From an alpha proteobacterium MED-G09 (lineage in GTDB: Bacteria > Pseudomonadota > Alphaproteobacteria > MED-G09), in the NCBI GenBank assembly GCA_905182015.1, contig CAJIZT010000007.1:147570-211569 (forward strand): DNA of 64,000 nucleotides. The letters are read 5' to 3'. Shown piece after piece: positions 60,774 to 64,000 of the stretch. The notes beneath the pieces were generated by a model. It had not been told where the DNA came from and did not search any database. It was given only the letters and a program-made list of their open reading frames with translations. The number at the start of each line of letters is the position of its first letter. Position 1 is the stretch's first letter. A program made the position numbers and the translations under genes.

Positions 60774-61517
60774 TTAGTTTTTTTCTTCAGCTTCTAATTC
60801 ATCATTTGTTTCACTTGAATTATTAAGTATTATTTCCATTTTTTCAATAGCTTTCTGTTCATTGGTTTTCTCTATGACAGCAACTTCACGAGCAAGCCTT
60901 TCTCTAGATGCCTCATATAGTTGCCTTTCTGAGTAGGATTGTTCAGGTTGGCTATCGCTTCGGAATAGATCTCTCACAACTTCCGCTAATAATTTAATAT
61001 CTCCGGAATTAATTTTTGCTTCATATTCCTGAGCCCTTCTACTCCACATTGTTCTTCTAACTTTTGCCTTACCAGTCAATATCACAAATATTTCTTTCAA
61101 CTGATTTTTAGTTGAAACCTTCCTTACTCCATTTTCCTTTACTTTCCCCAAAGGAACTCTTTGAGTCATTTTTTCTTTTTCAAACTCAATTACATACATC
61201 TCTAAAATTTCGCCTGCAATTTCTCTCTTTTCAATTTCCAGTACCTTTCCAACACCATGCGATGGATAGATTACGTATTGCTCCGGAAGAAAAGTATCTT
61301 TTATTTTAGGGAGTGATCCTTTGTCTGTGGTATCTTGAGTGGGCTTAAGGTTTTCTTTTTTCTTAAGACTTGTTTTATTCTGGGAAGTATTTTTTTTAGA
61401 TTTAACAATCAACTTTTTTTTAATTATGGGCGAAGTCTTTACCTGTTTAGGACCTTTCTTTTTTTTAGAAACTTTCTCTGATTCTTTTTTGTCTTGTTTC
61501 TTTTTTACTACGCCCAT
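60774..61517 (-). CDS. carD: CarD/CdnL family transcription factor with Lys-rich N-terminal extension
   Basis: VIYPSHGVG, MWSRRAQEYEAKINSGD, EQSYSERQLYE. Confidence 0.93.
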   Translation of the reverse strand: MGVVKKKQDKKESEKVSKKKKGPKQVKTSPIIKKKLIVKSKKNTSQNKTSLKKKENLKPTQDTTDKGSLPKIKDTFLPEQYVIYPSHGVGKVLEIEKREIAGEILEMYVIEFEKEKMTQRVPLGKVKENGVRKVSTKNQLKEIFVILTGKAKVRRTMWSRRAQEYEAKINSGDIKLLAEVVRDLFRSDSQPEQSYSERQLYEASRERLAREVAVIEKTNEQKAIEKMEIILNNSSETNDELEAEEKN

Positions 61518-61593
61518 AAGAGATATCCCTCAATTGTTTAAGTTTGCTCAAAGCGTTTAACAGAATAAATTAATTTTTACAAGGTTTTAAAGG

Positions 61594-61932
61594 TTAATCG
61601 CCTTCTCCAGGATTCTCACTGAAATATTTATTAAATTTATCTTTTTTGCCATTATAGTCCTCTGCGTCCTTTGGACTATCTTTCACAATAGTTATATTTG
61701 GCCATATATCAGCATACTTTGTATTTACTGTAAGCCATTTTTCTGTTCCCTCTTTTGTGTCGGGGTGAATAGCATCTGCAGGACATTCTGGCTCGCACAC
61801 TCCGCAGTCAATACATTCATCTGGATGAATTACAAGCATATTTTCTCCCTCATAAAAGCAATCCACCGGGCATACATCAACGCAGTCCATAAACTTACAC
61901 TTAATACATTCTTCTGTAACAACGTACGTCAT
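61594..61932 (-). CDS. fdxA: Ferredoxin FdxA
   Basis: [29 protein letters not shown]...[12 protein letters not shown]. Confidence 0.96.
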   Translation of the reverse strand: MTYVVTEECIKCKFMDCVDVCPVDCFYEGENMLVIHPDECIDCGVCEPECPADAIHPDTKEGTEKWLTVNTKYADIWPNITIVKDSPKDAEDYNGKKDKFNKYFSENPGEGD

Positions 61933-62399
61933 TATTTTCCCTTAGTTTCTAATATCTTTTTCCTGATAAAGCCTGCCTCTTTATCTGATATATAAAGTAA
62001 TCCAGATAGGCGCCTAATAAGGCTTGATTCAAATGGATCAATTAACCCATCAGCAATAATTATTTCACACATCATACTAAAGACTATATGTTTTTTTTCT
62101 TTACTGAAGTTATCATTGATAATCCTTGACCACTTATAAAGATCTACCGATTTTTCTTCTTCCTTCGTTGCGCTTGATAATAGTATTTCGATTTCATCAT
62201 CACCAAGATCAAACTGTTTTTTGAGTAATCTTTTAATTGAAAGAATCTCTACCTCATCTTTATTCCCGTCTATGCTTGCAGCTCTCAACAAAAGGACTGC
62301 CACAGCCTCTATAATTTTATCATCTTGAGTATCTCGATTAACATCCTTGTTTTGACCAGAGATCTCTTTTCCGAATAAATTTTTTAAAAATTTTATCAT
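61932..62399 (-). CDS. TerB family protein
   Basis: AVLL..A.IDG...[17 protein letters not shown]. Confidence 0.85.
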   Translation of the reverse strand: MIKFLKNLFGKEISGQNKDVNRDTQDDKIIEAVAVLLLRAASIDGNKDEVEILSIKRLLKKQFDLGDDEIEILLSSATKEEEKSVDLYKWSRIINDNFSKEKKHIVFSMMCEIIIADGLIDPFESSLIRRLSGLLYISDKEAGFIRKKILETKGK

Positions 62400-62414
62400 T
62401 TAATTTTCATACCT

Positions 62415-62714
62415 TTAAACTATCTTTATTTCTTTATAAAGCCTAGTTGCTTTTTTAGCACTTAGTCGCTTATTTGCAAAATTTTCTACAGAAAAAATAA
62501 TTATTTTATTTACCTCTATTAGTGTCACTATATCACCTACCTTAATTTTTATTGATGATTTTTCTATCTTTATCTTATTAACCTTAATAAGCCCCTCTGA
62601 AATTATTTTTTGAGCCTTTGCTCTTGATTTTAATATCCGTGTCCTAAATAACCAATTATCAATTCGTTGCTCACTGAGTAATATTTTTTTATCGATACTC
62701 TTAACCTTATTCAA
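62415..62714 (-). CDS. S4 domain RNA-binding protein (Hsp15-like)
   Basis: QRIDNWLFRTRILKSRAKA...G.IKVN, KVGD, A..LY. Confidence 0.88.
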   Translation of the reverse strand: MNKVKSIDKKILLSEQRIDNWLFRTRILKSRAKAQKIISEGLIKVNKIKIEKSSIKIKVGDIVTLIEVNKIIIFSVENFANKRLSAKKATRLYKEIKIV

Positions 62715-64000
62715 GGTGTAATCTTTCTTTTAAATTCTTTAAGCCCTCATTTTCTGAAAAGATATTAGAATTTTTTGATTTATCCTTAGGATTAATTAAT
62801 CTAGATTTTTTCTGTTTCTGTTTGTGGTGGTTATATTTTTTTGTATACCAGTATTTAATTTCACTCTTCTCATGACTCTTATCGTTTTTATCGAGATCTC
62901 CAGAAAGAGCACTTTGTTTCTTTTTATTTATTTCAAAACCTAAGTATTTAATAATAAATTTAATATTTTCTTTTGAACATCCTAACAAAGAAATCATTTC
63001 ATCAGTTATCATAAAGCTTCGATATTTTTTATCCTTATCAATCTCAGCATAAATTATTTTATCTAATCTTTCTATGATATCTGCCCTTATCACCATTTTT
63101 CCAAAAACAAGATACCCTAATACCTTGTATATCTCATACGATATATTATTGTTGGTTTTGCAAGAAGTTACCCCAGGCCTTGGCAAGCTTTCTCTAATTT
63201 TTTTTATATCACTCACATTGTAATTTTTTTCAGAAAAATTAATCCATAATGATACCAAAATTTCTGTAGCCTTTGGTTTAACGGTAGCTGGGAAGAAGAT
63301 AGAAAATTTTCCTATTCTAACCCCAAGCCCTCTTAACTCTTGTCTGGACTTTTGATCTAATAACTTTATTTCAGTTTCTACATTTTTTCTTTTGATCAAC
63401 CCTAGTTCCTCTGTCAAACGATATGCAACTCCTTTGGCACCTGATTGCATACCCTCTGTTTTTGTTAGAGAGAAAATTTCTTTTAAATTAGTTGTAATAT
63501 ATTGATCCAGCCAACTCTGAATCTTTATTTGTAAATCCTTCTTTATTTGCCCATTTAAATACTCATCTGATAACAAAGAAAAATTTGGTTGCAGGGGAGC
63601 GTTGCCTGGCTTCAATGTAGCAATTTTTTCATTACCAAAGCAGATGGATAAATCTGATCCTAAAGAGAAATTACCAAACTCTTCTGAAATTATTTTTAAA
63701 GATTTTTTATTCATTTCTTTCTCAAGAGGTTTTGAAATTGAAGATTTTACTTGTTTCATATAATTTTCGGAACCAATTTTTTCACTTAAAAATCTTAATC
63801 CTTCTATTCTACCAAAATACTTTCCTTCAACGGTAACCTCCCCCTGATCGTTAATCCCAGATAGAATATCTTTTTTATCCTTATATTTTAGTCTTAATCT
63901 ATTCGTTCCTTTATCAACAAATCTATCAGTTAAGGCCTCATGAAGGGCATCTGATAACTTATCCTCTACTAGTCGAGTTTTTTTTTGCCAATAATCTGGA
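62707..64000 (-). CDS. Suv3-like SF2 helicase, C-terminal part (start lies beyond the right edge)
   Basis: Frame is open from the window edge (YWQKKTRLVEDKLSDALHEALTDRFVD...GEVTVEG) into the called ORF; helicase-S4-fdxA-carD synteny. Confidence 0.85.
   Translation of the reverse strand, partial: PDYWQKKTRLVEDKLSDALHEALTDRFVDKGTNRLRLKYKDKKDILSGINDQGEVTVEGKYFGRIEGLRFLSEKIGSENYMKQVKSSISKPLEKEMNKKSLKIISEEFGNFSLGSDLSICFGNEKIATLKPGNAPLQPNFSLLSDEYLNGQIKKDLQIKIQSWLDQYITTNLKEIFSLTKTEGMQSGAKGVAYRLTEELGLIKRKNVETEIKLLDQKSRQELRGLGVRIGKFSIFFPATVKPKATEILVSLWINFSEKNYNVSDIKKIRESLPRPGVTSCKTNNNISYEIYKVLGYLVFGKMVIRADIIERLDKIIYAEIDKDKKYRSFMITDEMISLLGCSKENIKFIIKYLGFEINKKKQSALSGDLDKNDKSHEKSEIKYWYTKKYNHHKQKQKKSRLINPKDKSKNSNIFSENEGLKNLKERLHLE

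Noticed and set aside
1014-61995. Many 60-110 aa antisense or nested ORFs in the ORF track
   Set aside because: They lie within well-supported genes, show antisense-type composition and have no recognisable motifs.
63721-63780. Suspected frameshift in the helicase, because the ORF track starts at 63759
   Set aside because: Codon-by-codon reading shows a continuous frame from 63999 through ATG 63759. The gene is only truncated by the window edge.
1-64000. CRISPR array, IS elements, prophage, rRNA
   Set aside because: I recognised no repeat-spacer periodicity, no transposase, integrase or phage protein, and no rRNA-like segment; intergenic gaps are all small.

Overview
This is an AT-rich, densely packed chromosomal segment of an alphaproteobacterium. 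The assignment rests on gene content and order (regBA, fzlA-queG, metXW/hisC-tyrC, zitP-like/lysA/argH/tlpA/etfBA, helicase-S4-fdxA-carD). Short spacers, TonB receptors and PQQ enzymes suggest a streamlined marine lineage, which is an inference. The window is mostly housekeeping: lepA, pheST, infC-rpmI-rplT, lptCAB and three tRNAs (Ser-GGA, Leu-CAA, Arg-CCT). Small accessory cassettes are slotted in: TBDR plus M14 peptidase, DMT plus membrane protein plus PQQ sugar dehydrogenase, a quinohemoprotein, and Rieske oxygenase plus bicupin. I saw no integrase, transposase, prophage or CRISPR array. The most striking signal is non-coding. The ~200-nt leader of an OmpW-family gene, directly upstream of metX-metW, appears to hold two different SAM riboswitch classes in tandem: a SAM-I/IV-type aptamer at the predicted transcription start and a SAM-V-type pseudoknot on the ompW Shine-Dalgarno. 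This points to a SAM-repressed outer-membrane channel linked to methionine synthesis. Other oddities are a RegB H-box reading HH instead of HE, an AUA-started infC, a structured rpmI leader, and ftsEX missing from its usual position. All RNA structures and family calls were made by eye and need Infernal/HMM confirmation.
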